NCBI GenBank assembly: GCA_050013715.1
Contig: JBEKES010000017.1
Span: forward strand, 1 to 16,472
Reading direction: 5' to 3'
Origin: Candidatus Micrarchaeaceae archaeon
GTDB taxonomy: Archaea; Micrarchaeota; Micrarchaeia; Micrarchaeales; Micrarchaeaceae
DNA: 16,472 nt
How positions within the stretch are numbered: position 1 is the first letter of the stretch; every line of letters starts with the position of its first letter. Made by a program: the position numbers and the translations under genes. Positions 1 through 9,276 of the stretch are shown here, piece after piece. The notes under the pieces were generated by a model. The model was not told where the DNA came from. It did not search any database and worked only from the letters and a program-made list of their open reading frames with translations.

Positions 1-41
1 AAGATTAGGCAAGAATTACAAGACATAATTAGGAGTTACCT

Positions 42-440
42 ATGCTAAGAACAAAAAGCATTTTTGACGAAATTTCAAAAGAGGATGGTTTGCGCATTTC
101 AGTAATGAGCAGGCATACCTTAAATGACGGAGTAACTCCAGATAGCAGAATAGTACCAAATGTGACTTACGATTTACATGTTGTGGAACTTGCTCCACCA
201 GCAGCTCTCGTTGGGCTATGGTACAAAAATAAAATAAATTGGGAAAACTTCACAAGAACATATCTTGATTTTCTTAATAAACCTGAACCAGCACGTGCAG
301 TTAGAGAACTTGCAGAGATAGCATTGAGACGTGATATAACTGTTCTGTGTGTTGAACCTCCTGGTGAACGATGCCATAGAGTGATATTGGCCCAAAGGTG
401 CAAGGAAATACAACCAGCACTTGAGATAAGACATGTATAG
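42..440 (+). CDS. DUF488 (YeaO-like) family protein
   Basis: N-terminal TKSI...EDGLRISV, central ELAP, C-terminal TVLCVE...RCHR motif typical of DUF488; AGGAG SD at 31-35. Confidence 0.85.
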   Translation: MLRTKSIFDEISKEDGLRISVMSRHTLNDGVTPDSRIVPNVTYDLHVVELAPPAALVGLWYKNKINWENFTRTYLDFLNKPEPARAVRELAEIALRRDITVLCVEPPGERCHRVILAQRCKEIQPALEIRHV

Positions 441-541
441 TAAAAATATTCATTACTGGTCTACTAGTTCGTGTTATTTTCTCCATTGCATTTAGGAAAA
501 GAGTTATAACCTATCCTTTCTTTTTATATGTGGGGGTTAAA

Positions 542-1960
542 ATGGAGAATAAAAACGTAGAATACGCGCTAAGCACCATAAGGGACAATAAGATAAGATG
601 GATAGATTTGCAGTTTACCGATTTATTAGGCAGATTGCAGCACATAACAATTCCTTCCAGTGAATTTACTGAAGAATCTTTTAGTGAGGGATTTGGAAAA
701 CTTGACGGAAGCAGCATAAGGGGCTTTGCAGAAATACATGAAAGCGACATGGTAATGGTTCCAATACCTGAAACAACTAGAGTATTGCCATGGACTTCAA
801 GCACAGCAAGGATTCTTGCCGAAGTGCATAGGGGCTCGAAGAAAGGAAGATTTGATAGAGACCCCAGAGCCATAGCCGAAAGAGCCGAAGCGTACCAGAA
901 GGAACTAGGCTACTTAAGTTACTTTGGCCCGGAACCGGAGTTCTTCCTTTTCGATGCAGTAAACGTTGATGTCTCAAGGCCCAGCGCAGGATTGAGCTAC
1001 AGCATAAGCTCAAGGGAAGCCCCATGGTCCAATAACGGAGGCTTCATAGTAAGGCACAAGGAAGGCTATTACCCTGCTAGTCCCATAGACCAGTTGAGCG
1101 ACATAAGAACCGAAATAGTAGACATGCTTACAAATGATTTTGGCTTCAAGATCGAGGCAACGCACCATGAGGTTGCAACTGCAGGGCAAAGCGAGATCAA
1201 CTTTAAATTCTCGACTCTTGTGGAAACGGCAGATAATCTGCAAACCCTCAAATACGTTACAAGGAACATAGCAAAGCAGAATAACATGATAGCAACATTC
1301 ATGCCAAAGCCGATGTTCGGCGACAACGGAAGCGGAATGCATACCCATTTCAGCTTATGGGATTCAACAGGCAAAAGGAACATGATGTACGATTCGAATG
1401 ATGCCTATGCGGAATTGAGCGACAACGGAAGATATGCAATAGGAGGCATACTCAAGCACGCAAGAGCGCTTTCAGCAATTGTGTCGCCAACAGTAAACAG
1501 TTACCATAGGCTAATTCCAGGATATGAGGCACCGGTATATCTTGCCTGGAGCAGATCCAACAGAAGTGCAGTGGTAAGAGTTCCAGGATACTTCAAAGGA
1601 TCGGAAGTTGCAAAAAGATTGGAATATAGAGCACCTGATCCATCATGCAATCCTTATCTTGCGTTGTCAGCAATATTAATGGCAGGATTGGATGGCATAA
1701 AAAACAAGACAGATCCTGGAATACCAACTGATGAGAATATATACCATATGGATGCAAAGAGAAGAAACGAAATGCATATAGGGGAATTGCCAAGAAGTTT
1801 GGACGAAGCTCTTGACGAGCTTGAATTAGACAACCAATTCCTGCTGCCAGTATTCAATAAAAGTTTAATCGACATGTATGTAGATATAAAACGAGAGGAA
1901 TGCAGGAACATCGCATCGTATCCACATCCGATAGAATTGTATCATTACCTTGACAGCTAG
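542..1960 (+). CDS. glnA: Glutamine synthetase type I
   Basis: [81 protein letters not shown] motifs; ATG 542 preferred over GTG 530 because GGGGG lies just upstream. Confidence 0.97.
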   Translation: MENKNVEYALSTIRDNKIRWIDLQFTDLLGRLQHITIPSSEFTEESFSEGFGKLDGSSIRGFAEIHESDMVMVPIPETTRVLPWTSSTARILAEVHRGSKKGRFDRDPRAIAERAEAYQKELGYLSYFGPEPEFFLFDAVNVDVSRPSAGLSYSISSREAPWSNNGGFIVRHKEGYYPASPIDQLSDIRTEIVDMLTNDFGFKIEATHHEVATAGQSEINFKFSTLVETADNLQTLKYVTRNIAKQNNMIATFMPKPMFGDNGSGMHTHFSLWDSTGKRNMMYDSNDAYAELSDNGRYAIGGILKHARALSAIVSPTVNSYHRLIPGYEAPVYLAWSRSNRSAVVRVPGYFKGSEVAKRLEYRAPDPSCNPYLALSAILMAGLDGIKNKTDPGIPTDENIYHMDAKRRNEMHIGELPRSLDEALDELELDNQFLLPVFNKSLIDMYVDIKREECRNIASYPHPIELYHYLDS

Positions 1961-1968
1961 ATGATTTT

Positions 1969-2127
1969 ATGAGTGCACTCATGCTAAGATGCGGCTGCTG
2001 GATAAGCGAGGATGGAGAATTCGTAGTAGGGCAGAGCTGCGCCTATTGCAAGGAATGCAATGCGGTAAGCAAGCTTCATCCCTTTGGAAACGACAGGATA
2101 GCAAAACTGGAAACAATTAGCCATTGA
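1969..2127 (+). CDS. Small Cys-rich protein (52 aa), possible metal-binding protein, probably co-transcribed with glnA
   Basis: Manual translation MSALMLRCGCWISEDGEFVVGQSCAYCKECNAVSKLHPFGNDRIAKLETISH*; starts 8 nt after the glnA stop; fills the gap with coding-like GC content; below the ORF track length cutoff. Confidence 0.75.
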   Translation: MSALMLRCGCWISEDGEFVVGQSCAYCKECNAVSKLHPFGNDRIAKLETISH

Positions 2128-2177
2128 ATTTATTTCCAGATAGCTTAATTAAATATACACTTCTTATATTAAACGTA

Positions 2178-2294
2178 GGCGGGGTAGCTCAGCCTGGTAG
2201 AGCGCCGGACTCATGTGCGTAGCACTATGAGTGATGAGCTTTTAAGCTATGAAGAGAAATCCGGAGACCGCGAGTTCAAATCTCGCCCCCGTCA
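2178..2294 (+). tRNA. tRNA-Met(CAT), probably elongator, with a 43-nt anticodon-loop intron (about 2216-2258)
   Basis: Acceptor GGCGGGG/CCCCGTC plus A73; D arm GCTC-AGCCTGGTA-GAGC; anticodon stem CCGGA/TCCGG with CAT at 2212-2214; T arm GCGAG-TTCAAAT-CTCGC; relaxed BHB (CTCA/AGAG, intron stem CGTAGC/GCTATG); lacks the initiator A1-U72 pair and GGG/CCC stem. Confidence 0.9.
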
Positions 2295-2396
2295 GGCTTA
2301 GTATGAAACTACTTCGTCTTTAATTGGCTTACTAAAGTTAGCCTCATTATCAATCGCTTTATAGCCACTTGATGTAAGTTTCATGAAATCATGCAT

Positions 2397-2795
2397 CTAT
2401 ATTATAACTATTGAATCAATTCCTAATCTTTTAAAGTCATTATCATTGGTCACCAATGTTTCTTTATTTGCAAGGCAAATACCTGCAATAAGAATATCAT
2501 TTTCACCAACTAAATTACCTTTATCTTTTAATTTCTTATAAATTTGCGCTGCTCTGATTGCTGCCTCATCAGTAGTATGGTAAACCTTAATTTTGCTTAT
2601 AAGGGTCTCGAAGACATTCTCTATTTGCTCTACCTCACCGTATCTTAATAGTTCATATTCATTTATAAAAGTTACTGCAATGCCGTCTGGTGAATATTTT
2701 TGGATTATGTCTATAGCCTTTTTATTTCCTTTTAAATAATCTATTACAATGTTAGTGTCGAATACTGTCAAAAGATCACCCAATTTTTCTGCCAA
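2397..2795 (-). CDS. vapC: VapC PIN-domain toxin (ribonuclease)
   Basis: VFDTNIVID, EYELL, GENDILIAGICL, LVTNDNDF acidic PIN motifs; overlaps the upstream antitoxin gene; exact start uncertain. Confidence 0.92.
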   Translation of the reverse strand: MAEKLGDLLTVFDTNIVIDYLKGNKKAIDIIQKYSPDGIAVTFINEYELLRYGEVEQIENVFETLISKIKVYHTTDEAAIRAAQIYKKLKDKGNLVGENDILIAGICLANKETLVTNDNDFKRLGIDSIVII

Positions 2796-3006
2796 GATTT
2801 CTTCTTCTCTCTTTAAGAACCTTAACTTTAATTTTATCCAATTCTTTGCTTTTATTTTTTAAAATACCTGCGAATTCGCTTATGTCTACTTTGCCTTTAT
2901 TTTCATCTAAGAGTTGCAAAATAACATCTGAAAATGACATATTTTTACCCTTTTTCTGAGATAGTTTCGAATATGCGAGTTCGGAGAGTGAAACCATTTT
3001 TACCAT
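2776..3006 (-). CDS. vapB: VapB antitoxin (archaeal DUF217/AF0608-like)
   Basis: 76 aa, KMVSLSELAYSKL...KNMSFSDVILQLL...FAGIL pattern; directly upstream of and overlapping the PIN gene. Confidence 0.88.
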   Translation of the reverse strand: MVKMVSLSELAYSKLSQKKGKNMSFSDVILQLLDENKGKVDISEFAGILKNKSKELDKIKVKVLKERRRNLGRKIG

Positions 3007-3103
3007 ACAATCACAATATAGTATATGTATAGTAAAGTATATAAACCTATTGCGTGGTTAATAAGATTCTATACATATTGGGGTGTAAATCTTGGTGTGA
3101 AGG

Positions 3104-3128
3104 TCAAATCTCGCCCCCTCAGGACTTA
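3104..3128 (+). repeat. Degenerate direct repeat of the tRNA-Met 3' end (attR-like)
   Basis: TCAAATCTCGCCCCC-TCAGGACTTA versus TCAAATCTCGCCCCCGTCAGG-CTTA at 2276-2300; first 15 nt identical. Confidence 0.85.
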
Positions 3129-3196
3129 TTTTTATGACGGTAAATTTAAGCAGAAGGTATAAATATCTATTAGAACAGAACAGAAGTAGTGAGACT

Positions 3197-3556
3197 ATGA
3201 CAACTGAAAAACAAAGTAGATTTACTAAAGAAGATGCTGAGAGAGTGAAAAATTTACCTCCTGGAAATCATTTTATCGGTCGTAATGATTTGCAACAACT
3301 TATACTTAGTTTAAAGACAGCAGTTGTACAATTAAAAAGACAAGATGAAGATGCAGTTGATATGGCTCGCATTGATAGTATAAGTATGGGAAAAAATAAA
3401 AGCGACGGAGTAGTCTCAGGTAAAAAGTATACGTACTACTTTGATGTGGTGTATGTTACAGGACCTAAAAGCGGTGAAAAAGAGACAGTAAGTACTGATG
3501 AAATCATTCCAAACCCAAGTCATATTTTGCGCGGATCGATAGGCGCGGAAGTTTGA
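3197..3556 (+). CDS. Hypothetical protein (about 119 aa)
   Basis: ORF 3134-3556; ATG 3197 preferred because TATAAATA at 3158-3165 and GTGAG lie upstream; no family recognised. Confidence 0.65.
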   Translation: MTTEKQSRFTKEDAERVKNLPPGNHFIGRNDLQQLILSLKTAVVQLKRQDEDAVDMARIDSISMGKNKSDGVVSGKKYTYYFDVVYVTGPKSGEKETVSTDEIIPNPSHILRGSIGAEV

Positions 3557-3617
3557 TTGAAGATTTTTGCAATTGACTATACAATATTAAGCAATAGATG
3601 ATGCTTTCATAATTCGA

Positions 3618-4184
3618 TTAATATATAAAAGGTATAAGTGCCTTTGTTTTTTTCTTGTACTTCACATATTCCTTGGTGAAATGTTTGAGCATTAGCTTTT
3701 CTTCCTGCTTTAATTTGATCCAAAAACTTAGGAAAAAGAATAAAAGACCAAAGAAGGCAGCAAGCATGCCTAGGTAAATAGCTGCACCTAGAAACATGGT
3801 AAGCATTCCTGTGTATATAGGATGCCGTACAAGTTTGTATGGCCCTTTGGTTATGAGCTCGTGCTTCTCCTTTAAGGTAACTCTAGAACTCCAATTCCTG
3901 CCCAATGTTATCCTTGCCCATATCGCAACGCAAAGACCAAGAATTTCAATTAAAAAGCCAAGCGCATGCGAAGCAAAAGAGCTTTGAATCAAAGTGATAT
4001 TTAATGCAGGGACGTTTATTGGAATAAGGAAAAGACATGCCCCAATAACAGCAAAAATCCAATATGTGAACCATCCAATATTGCTCTGATTCTTTGCTGT
4101 CCTCTTTGATGATGGCCACGTTATAATCCAAAATACTGCAAAAACAATAAACGGCCAGATAACTGTTGAACCCAGAGACACCAT
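3618..4184 (-). CDS. Isoprenylcysteine carboxyl methyltransferase (ICMT/STE14/PEMT-like) family membrane protein
   Basis: Hydrophobic helices; LGRNWS...HELITKGPYKLVRHPIYTG...EEKLM...F..EY..Y...T..LIPFIY signature. Confidence 0.9.
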   Translation of the reverse strand: MVSLGSTVIWPFIVFAVFWIITWPSSKRTAKNQSNIGWFTYWIFAVIGACLFLIPINVPALNITLIQSSFASHALGFLIEILGLCVAIWARITLGRNWSSRVTLKEKHELITKGPYKLVRHPIYTGMLTMFLGAAIYLGMLAAFFGLLFFFLSFWIKLKQEEKLMLKHFTKEYVKYKKKTKALIPFIY

Positions 4185-4240
4185 GTTAGTAATACATAGG
4201 TCAACATATTATAGCTTTGCAGAAACATGCACTTTAAATT

Positions 4241-4735
4241 TTAAATCTCAATTTCTATCTTGCTTGACAACTTCGTTTTTGCGAGAAGCGCTTTCACTTG
4301 CTCCAATGCAGATCGTGCAGTGCAGAACTCCAATCCTCTCATCAATACAACATCAGATGGCCTGAACAGTATGTTGAATTCCGATTCATTGATTCCTTTC
4401 CTTAGCAAAACACCACCTATCTTGTCATAGGGAAGGCTTCCGTAGCCATGCTCGTATTTTGCTTGCAACATGTCGTCACTTATTCCGGAATTTCCATTGC
4501 ATACTATAGTATTGGCGTCAATCTCACTCATCATTTTTTTCCAGTTTGATTCCCTGTATTTGTAGGCCTTGAATACCTTGAATCCTGATTTGAATGCTTT
4601 CTCAGGATCAGGATAAAAGGCAATGACGCTTTCATTTGTGAATATCAGCTTGTAGGGCATGTAGATGTTTCCTATCAAAGGCGTTTTCCCGATAAGAGCT
4701 GCCGGATAAATGCTTCCAATTACACTTTCCTTCAT
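4241..4735 (-). CDS. Hypothetical protein
   Basis: 164-aa ORF with AGGTA upstream that fills the gap; no family recognised. Confidence 0.65.
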   Translation of the reverse strand: MKESVIGSIYPAALIGKTPLIGNIYMPYKLIFTNESVIAFYPDPEKAFKSGFKVFKAYKYRESNWKKMMSEIDANTIVCNGNSGISDDMLQAKYEHGYGSLPYDKIGGVLLRKGINESEFNILFRPSDVVLMRGLEFCTARSALEQVKALLAKTKLSSKIEIEI

Positions 4736-4834
4736 TTTATTACCTATCTATTATTGTGAATCTACTATTTTAATTTACTTCTCTTACTATTAAAGTTTAG
4801 TTAGCTTTAATAATCTGATCAATCGAAATAGAGT

Positions 4835-5302
4835 ATGGGAAGGAAAACAGCTACTTGTTATATTTTGAACCACGGCAGGGTTCTTCTTCAGAAGAAGTCA
4901 ATAGGCCTTTTTGGAGAAAATAAATGGAATGCACCTGGAGGCAAGATGCTAGCCAATGAATCTCCAGAAGACGGTGCGATAAGAGAATTCTACGAAGAAA
5001 CTGAAATAAGGATAGAAAACCTGGAAATGATTGGTAAGATCTATTTTTATGTCAATAATACCATCGACCAGGAATTGCACATATTTAGAACGGAAAATTA
5101 CACAGGTACTGGCAAAAATGGCCGTGAAGGAATACTAGAATGGTTTGACTTTGACAGAATACCATTTGAAGATATGTGGGAAGATGCAAGCAAATGGCTG
5201 CCAATATTATTGGAGGGCAAAAGATTTTCTGGAAAGTTTTACTATTCAACGGATTACAAAAATTTAATTGATTTTCAGTTGAGCAATGATATTAATTGGT
5301 GA
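4835..5302 (+). CDS. Nudix hydrolase, 8-oxo-dGTP diphosphatase (MutT/MTH1-like)
   Basis: WNAPGGK...ESPEDGAIREFYEETEI Nudix box; EG.LEWF....IPFEDMWEDA..WLP typical of the MTH1-like clade. Confidence 0.9.
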   Translation: MGRKTATCYILNHGRVLLQKKSIGLFGENKWNAPGGKMLANESPEDGAIREFYEETEIRIENLEMIGKIYFYVNNTIDQELHIFRTENYTGTGKNGREGILEWFDFDRIPFEDMWEDASKWLPILLEGKRFSGKFYYSTDYKNLIDFQLSNDINW

Positions 5303-5306
5303 GAAT

Positions 5307-6428
5307 ATGGATAGCTTTGTAAACAAGTACAAAAACGCAATCGAGGCGTTCAATTCTGATGACTTCATTTTACTTCCCGGATTTGCCAAGACAGAACCGA
5401 AAGATGTAGAATTAAAAACGAAATTTTCCAAGAGTATAAACATCAACATACCAGTAGTTTCCTCTCCCATGGATACAGTAACAGAAAGTGCCATGGCAAT
5501 TGCTATGGCAAAGTTTGGAGGCATTGGAGTCATTCACAGAAACTGTTCTGCAAAAGATGAAGTTCGAATGGTACGATTGGTAAAAGAGGAATCTTTTTCC
5601 AAGGAAACCTACAGAGATGCAGTTGTTGATGAAAAAGGAAACCTAATGGTTGCAGCTGCAGTTTCACCATTTGACATAGAAAGAGCCAATGAACTGTCAA
5701 AATATGCAGATGCATTGCTAATCGATGTGGCACATTTTCACAATCCGAATATAATTAATTCAGTAAAGAAAATAATCGATGCAACAAGTGTTGATGTAGT
5801 GATAGGAAGCTTTGGAACCAAGCAGGGAGTCGTTGATTGCGTATCAAAGCTCGACAATGCAGCAGCGCTCAGGGTAGGGATAGGCAGTGGCTCCATATGC
5901 ACTACAACAGATGTTACAAGGGCAGGATCACCCACTCTTTTTGCAGTTGCCAATGCAGCTGATGCGTTGCAAGAGATTGGCAGCAACATACCGATAATTG
6001 CAGATGGAGGCATAAGAACATCAGGAGATATCGCATTGGCATCAGTTTTTGGAGCATCTAGCTCAATGCTGGGTTATATTCTAGCAGGATGCAAAGAGAG
6101 TCCAAGTGAAATTGCAACAATAAACAACAAATCTTATAAGATACATAGGGGCATGGGAAGCAGGCAGGCACGAGAGAAGAGAGCAGCACTGGACAGATAT
6201 GGAAACTTGGGAGGCAAGAACCTAGAAGAAGGAGTTGAGATGCTAATTCCATATACAGGAGAAGCGGAAAATGTTTTAGATAAGTTAACATCTGGGATAA
6301 AGGCTTCGATTGGCTATTCAGGCTCATCTGACATAAGCGGTATGAAAAATACAAGGATTGCAAAAATCGATACCAGAAATCAGAAAATCGAATCGAAATT
6401 AATAGATAGAGGGGCATTATTACATTAA
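5307..6428 (+). CDS. guaB: IMP dehydrogenase lacking the CBS subdomain
   Basis: SSPMDTVTE, GGIGVIHRN, IDVAH, catalytic GIGSGSICTT, IIADGGIR, RGMGS, flap DRY, EGVE; ATG 5307 follows a GGTGA SD. Confidence 0.9.
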   Translation: MDSFVNKYKNAIEAFNSDDFILLPGFAKTEPKDVELKTKFSKSININIPVVSSPMDTVTESAMAIAMAKFGGIGVIHRNCSAKDEVRMVRLVKEESFSKETYRDAVVDEKGNLMVAAAVSPFDIERANELSKYADALLIDVAHFHNPNIINSVKKIIDATSVDVVIGSFGTKQGVVDCVSKLDNAAALRVGIGSGSICTTTDVTRAGSPTLFAVANAADALQEIGSNIPIIADGGIRTSGDIALASVFGASSSMLGYILAGCKESPSEIATINNKSYKIHRGMGSRQAREKRAALDRYGNLGGKNLEEGVEMLIPYTGEAENVLDKLTSGIKASIGYSGSSDISGMKNTRIAKIDTRNQKIESKLIDRGALLH

Positions 6429-6439
6429 AGTGTTTTTTT

Positions 6440-7795
6440 ATGGTGCAACCAAATAAAGAAAGAGTTGCAGTTATTGGCGGAGGAGGCAGAGAAGCTGCGC
6501 TAATTGATAAATATTTGCAAAGTAGTCATGTTGCCAGTGCCATTGCGATACCTGGCAACGACATGATGAAAATAAAGCAGAGAAAACCTGTTGAAATTTT
6601 TCCTAAATTAAGAACAACAGATGTTAAAGAAATTGTAAAACTTTGCAGAGAAAAGAAAATTACCCTTGTTGATGTTGCGCAAGACAATGCAGTGCATGCC
6701 GGGGTTGTAGATGCATTGCAAAGAGAATGTATCCCTACTTTGGGGCCAACAAGATTGGCGGGGCAAATAGAATGGAGTAAGGCATTTGCGCGAATGTTTG
6801 GAATAATTCATGATCTCCCGCAACCCGAATTTTGTATATTTGGAGATAATAAAACAGGTATAGATTATCTGAAAAGTACAGAGAACAAACCAAGGTTCAT
6901 TAAAGTAGATGAACTTTGCGAAGGTAAAGGTGCTTTACATGCAGATAATACATCCAGAGCGATAGAAAGGATAAATGAATTGAGTAAAATACAAAAAAAT
7001 GCAAAAGGATTTTATCTTATAGAAGAATGGTTAAAAAACAGTGATGGTTCAGATGGAGAGGAATTTTCAACATTTGTCATAAGTGACGGAGAAAGATTTG
7101 TTACTTTAGGATCTGCACAGGACCATAAAAGAGTAAATAACTTTGATACAGGAGAAAATACAGGAGGCACAGGCTGCAGTGCCCCTCCATTAGTTCTAAC
7201 TGCAAAGATTCAGGATAGTATAGATATCATATTTAGCAAGACAATTGATGGTTTAAGAGCAGAAAACAAAATTTACAAAGGAATTTTGTACCTTGGAGGT
7301 ATACTGATAAAAGAAAAAAAGGGAATTAAAACATATGTTGTTGAATTCAATGCAAGATGGGGAGACCCCGAAGCTCAAGTTATATTGCCAGGAATTAAAA
7401 ATGATCTTTTTGAATTAAGTATGCTGGCAGTGGAAGGCAATATAAAAGAATTAAAATTAAGGAAGGACAATAAAGCACGAGTAGTGATTGCGGGAATGGC
7501 TAAAGGATATCCGGGAAATTATGATGCAGTTACAGGTAAACAAATTTTTGGGTTAGGTAAAGCTATGAAAATGGAGGGAGCAAAAGTTTACGGTGCAGGG
7601 GTAAAAATAGTGGATGGAAAGTATTATGCATCAGGTGGAAGATTATTTTATATTGTTGGGGAAGGTAGAGACGTAATAGAGGCAAGGAAAAGAGCTTATT
7701 CTGCAATGGCGCTAATATCGATAGATGGAGATAATCTGCATTATAGGACAGATATAGGATGGAGAGATGTAAACCGTTTGATTAGGAAAAGATAA
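6440..7795 (+). CDS. purD: Phosphoribosylamine--glycine ligase (GAR synthetase), somewhat divergent
   Basis: VIGGGGRE, PGN, GPT..A.QIEWSKAFA, GKG, QDHKR...DTGENTGG.G, EFNARWGDPE.Q, GYPG.Y, GGR, YRTDIG. Confidence 0.9.
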   Translation: MVQPNKERVAVIGGGGREAALIDKYLQSSHVASAIAIPGNDMMKIKQRKPVEIFPKLRTTDVKEIVKLCREKKITLVDVAQDNAVHAGVVDALQRECIPTLGPTRLAGQIEWSKAFARMFGIIHDLPQPEFCIFGDNKTGIDYLKSTENKPRFIKVDELCEGKGALHADNTSRAIERINELSKIQKNAKGFYLIEEWLKNSDGSDGEEFSTFVISDGERFVTLGSAQDHKRVNNFDTGENTGGTGCSAPPLVLTAKIQDSIDIIFSKTIDGLRAENKIYKGILYLGGILIKEKKGIKTYVVEFNARWGDPEAQVILPGIKNDLFELSMLAVEGNIKELKLRKDNKARVVIAGMAKGYPGNYDAVTGKQIFGLGKAMKMEGAKVYGAGVKIVDGKYYASGGRLFYIVGEGRDVIEARKRAYSAMALISIDGDNLHYRTDIGWRDVNRLIRKR

Positions 7796-7930
7796 TGTAA
7801 ATTTTAATTACAGAAAGCTTTTCCAGTAGGTTATAAAAATATTCGTATTGTAAGCTAATCAGACAGTACAGATAATTACCGACCAGTAATTAGCAGTTAA
7901 ATACAAATATACACGATAGGAGGAGTCTAC

Positions 7931-9199
7931 ATACCGAAAAAAGCTTCTGGAATAAAGACAAAAATAAAGAACTTTTTCAAACTTCTAGGACCAGGACTCA
8001 TAACTGGCGCAAGCGATGATGACCCTTCAGGGATTGCCACTTATTCTCAGGCTGGTGCTCAATTCGGACTTTCCACGTTATGGACAGCGCTTCTTACAAC
8101 ACCATTGATGATATCGATACAGGAGATGTGCGCAAGGATAGCCATAGTAACGCATGAGGGGCTTGCAGGCGTCATAAAGAAGAACTATTCGAAAAAGGTG
8201 CTTTACCTTATTGTACTCATAACCTTTTCCGCCGTTATACTCAACATAGGCGCAGATATCTCTGCAATTGGAGCGGTTTCTAATCTTTTGGTGCCGCAGA
8301 TATCTGCAGTATTCTTCAGCATAATGTTCACGATCATACTTGCATTGGCATTGATAAAATTCAAATACAGAAGAATAGCTTCAATTCTCAAGTGGCTGTG
8401 CCTCGCACTGCTTGCCTACTTTGTCGTGCCTTTCCTTATAAAGGAGAATTGGCAAAAGGTACTTACCAGTACACTAATACCTTCAATACAGTTCAATTCT
8501 AGCTTTCTGCTGATTCTTGTTGCGTTGCTTGGCACTACAATATCGCCATACCTATTTTTCTGGCAGGCCTCTTCAGAGGCAGAGGAAAGAAGGCACAGCA
8601 AGAAGGAGTTCATGGTCAACAAAAAAGTCATAAGGGACATGCGCTTTGATGTTGATATTGGCATGCTGTTTTCCAATATAGTGATGTTCTTCATTATTTT
8701 GACAGCTGGAACTGTATTGTTCAGCGCAGGCATTACTAACATAACTACAGTGCAGCAGGCAGCAATAGCGCTTAAGCCTTTGGCAGGCAATGCCTCTTAT
8801 CTATTGTTTGCATTGGGCGTAATAGGAGCGGGATTGCTTGCAATTCCCGTGCTTGCCGGCTCTCTTTCATATATCTATGCGGAAATCCTTGATTCAAAGG
8901 AAGGTCTTGATATGAAGTTCAACCAGGCAAGAGGCTTTTACCTCGTATTGCTAATAGCCCTAGGAATTGGTTTGCTGATCAATTTCATAGGGATTAGCCC
9001 GATAACAATGCTTATCTACTCTGCAGTGCTGTATGGGCTCATTGCACCTATTCTGATTCTGTTGATACTTCACATATCGAACAATAGGAAAATACTTGAC
9101 CAGTTTGTGAACAGCAAATTATCGAATGCTCTTGGCATAATAACATTTATCGTAATGGCAGTTGCTGCAATATTGTATTTGTATTTGCTGCTTGTTTGA
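7931..9199 (+). CDS. NRAMP/MntH-related divalent metal transporter
   Basis: Frame is open upstream of the called TTG 8105 and encodes LLGPGLITGASDDDPSGIATYSQAGAQFG; also has GTTISPYLFFWQ; apparent start ATA 7931 after AGGAGGAG. Confidence 0.88.
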   Translation: MPKKASGIKTKIKNFFKLLGPGLITGASDDDPSGIATYSQAGAQFGLSTLWTALLTTPLMISIQEMCARIAIVTHEGLAGVIKKNYSKKVLYLIVLITFSAVILNIGADISAIGAVSNLLVPQISAVFFSIMFTIILALALIKFKYRRIASILKWLCLALLAYFVVPFLIKENWQKVLTSTLIPSIQFNSSFLLILVALLGTTISPYLFFWQASSEAEERRHSKKEFMVNKKVIRDMRFDVDIGMLFSNIVMFFIILTAGTVLFSAGITNITTVQQAAIALKPLAGNASYLLFALGVIGAGLLAIPVLAGSLSYIYAEILDSKEGLDMKFNQARGFYLVLLIALGIGLLINFIGISPITMLIYSAVLYGLIAPILILLILHISNNRKILDQFVNSKLSNALGIITFIVMAVAAILYLYLLLV

Positions 9200-9276
9200 A
9201 TTTATTAATTTTATGAGTGTCTAATATCTTTTTATGCTTTTATAAACATATATAGAGAAGCACGCCAGGTAAGGAT

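Noticed and set aside
1..48. 3' end of an upstream CDS (frame 1 open to TAA 46-48)
   Set aside because: Only 15 codons visible; cannot be supported
2178..2294. Initiator tRNA, tRNA-Ile2(CAT), or two nested introns
   Set aside because: No A1-U72 pair or GGG/CCC anticodon stem; the body looks like elongator Met, although Ile2 is not strictly excluded; two-intron schemes tried by hand did not restore a 7-nt loop
5307..6428. GMP reductase (guaC) instead of IMPDH
   Set aside because: Retains the flap Arg-Tyr dyad (DRY) and RGMGS typical of IMPDH
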